From the NCBI RefSeq assembly GCF_004010195.1, contig NC_057715.1:58073274-58137273 (forward strand): DNA of 64,000 bases. Direction: 5' to 3'. Under the pieces are notes generated by a model, which did not search any database, had not been told where the DNA came from, and saw nothing but the letters and a program-made list of their open reading frames with translations. This document shows, in pieces, positions 63,151 through 64,000 of this stretch. The translations under genes and the position numbers were made by a program. The stretch's first letter is position 1. Every line of letters begins with the position of its first letter. The stretch comes from Chiloscyllium plagiosum (Eukaryota).

Positions 63151-64000
63151 AAACTAGTTGTGACTCTGGAGAAAATATTTATGCCATTCCTCTGGAGTAT
63201 CTGCTACTTTACTGATGATGTTATTGCAGATGGTTGATAGTTCACCCACACGAAGAAATGAGCATTTGTTTAACTCAACATTCTATACCTTATTGAAAAT
63301 TGTAGGCTGAATTATTTTTGGCAAACTAAGCTTGAACTTGTCTAGTGGTTAAACTAGATTAAAAAGAATAAGGGAAACTACAAGCCTACTGTCACTTCAG
63401 CACGTGTTCTGTATTTTCTGTTCCCCAGTGCTACCAAAGTCAACACTGGCCATCCATTTCTCGCTTTATGCATGCAAATAATCATTGAGGGTAAGCTCTG
63501 GAACCCAGATGGATTCCCTACTTTACTACCCAGGTTACAGCTATTTATGGATACTTTTATGGGAAATGCAGTGGTATGCATCCCAGGAGGTAATAATAAT
63601 CTTGGCAAAGCCTGATATTAATTCATATTAATTTCTTGATGTTCTTCGGTCTTTCCTGAGGACTATATATCAGCCAATATGCTGTTCTCCAGACTGTTTT
63701 GACCTCTAACAGTCTGGTCTCTTCTGCAAGCTCACTGACTGCCATAAAAGTGTTCTCAAAAATGACAGACTTCTTCATTGTGACCGGGATCTTTCTGGCA
63801 GTTCGTCAAGTTTACTGCTTGACTTCTACTTAGTTTGCAATTGTTATAACAGAGGACGGACAAATGGTAGTCCAGCTCCACAACAGCAGTGTGACTGGAA
63901 CATTGTCTGTCTATTTGTGTCAGATTTGGTCTGGGAGTCACAGCTTATCCCAAAACAAGTCTGAAGTCATAGGTATTCCTTGATAAGCCAGGGTAATGAG

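Noticed and set aside
1-64000. CRISPR arrays, operons or other prokaryotic systems; an intact host protein-coding gene
   Set aside because: There is no repeat-spacer array, the content is vertebrate TE-rich DNA, and no ORF or exon chain matches a cellular protein I can recognise.

Overview
This is eukaryotic, AT-rich, repeat-dense DNA from a cartilaginous fish. The inference rests on the many HE1-type tRNA-derived SINEs with (TAATC)n tails and shark-type CR1 LINEs; a carpet or bamboo shark is plausible but not provable. I recognise no intact host gene, and the window looks intronic or intergenic. Most listed ORFs are fragments of decayed transposable elements or chance ORFs: CR1 LINEs (ORF1 esterase, endonuclease, RT), an L1-clade ORF2, a Tigger/pogo transposon, several Ty3/Gypsy remnants (one with Gmr1-like integrase-before-RT order), Harbinger transposase and Myb-ORF remnants, and Penelope-like elements (PLEs). 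The most striking signal is a set of short, non-coding, often palindromic PLE-derived inserts. They belong to at least three families, carry minimal hammerhead-ribozyme cores with covarying stems, and several are flanked by 12-18 bp target-site duplications (TSDs). Between the repeats lie unique stretches with RFX, octamer and CTCF-like motifs that may be conserved non-coding elements. All family calls were made by eye from motifs, and boundaries of degraded elements are approximate.
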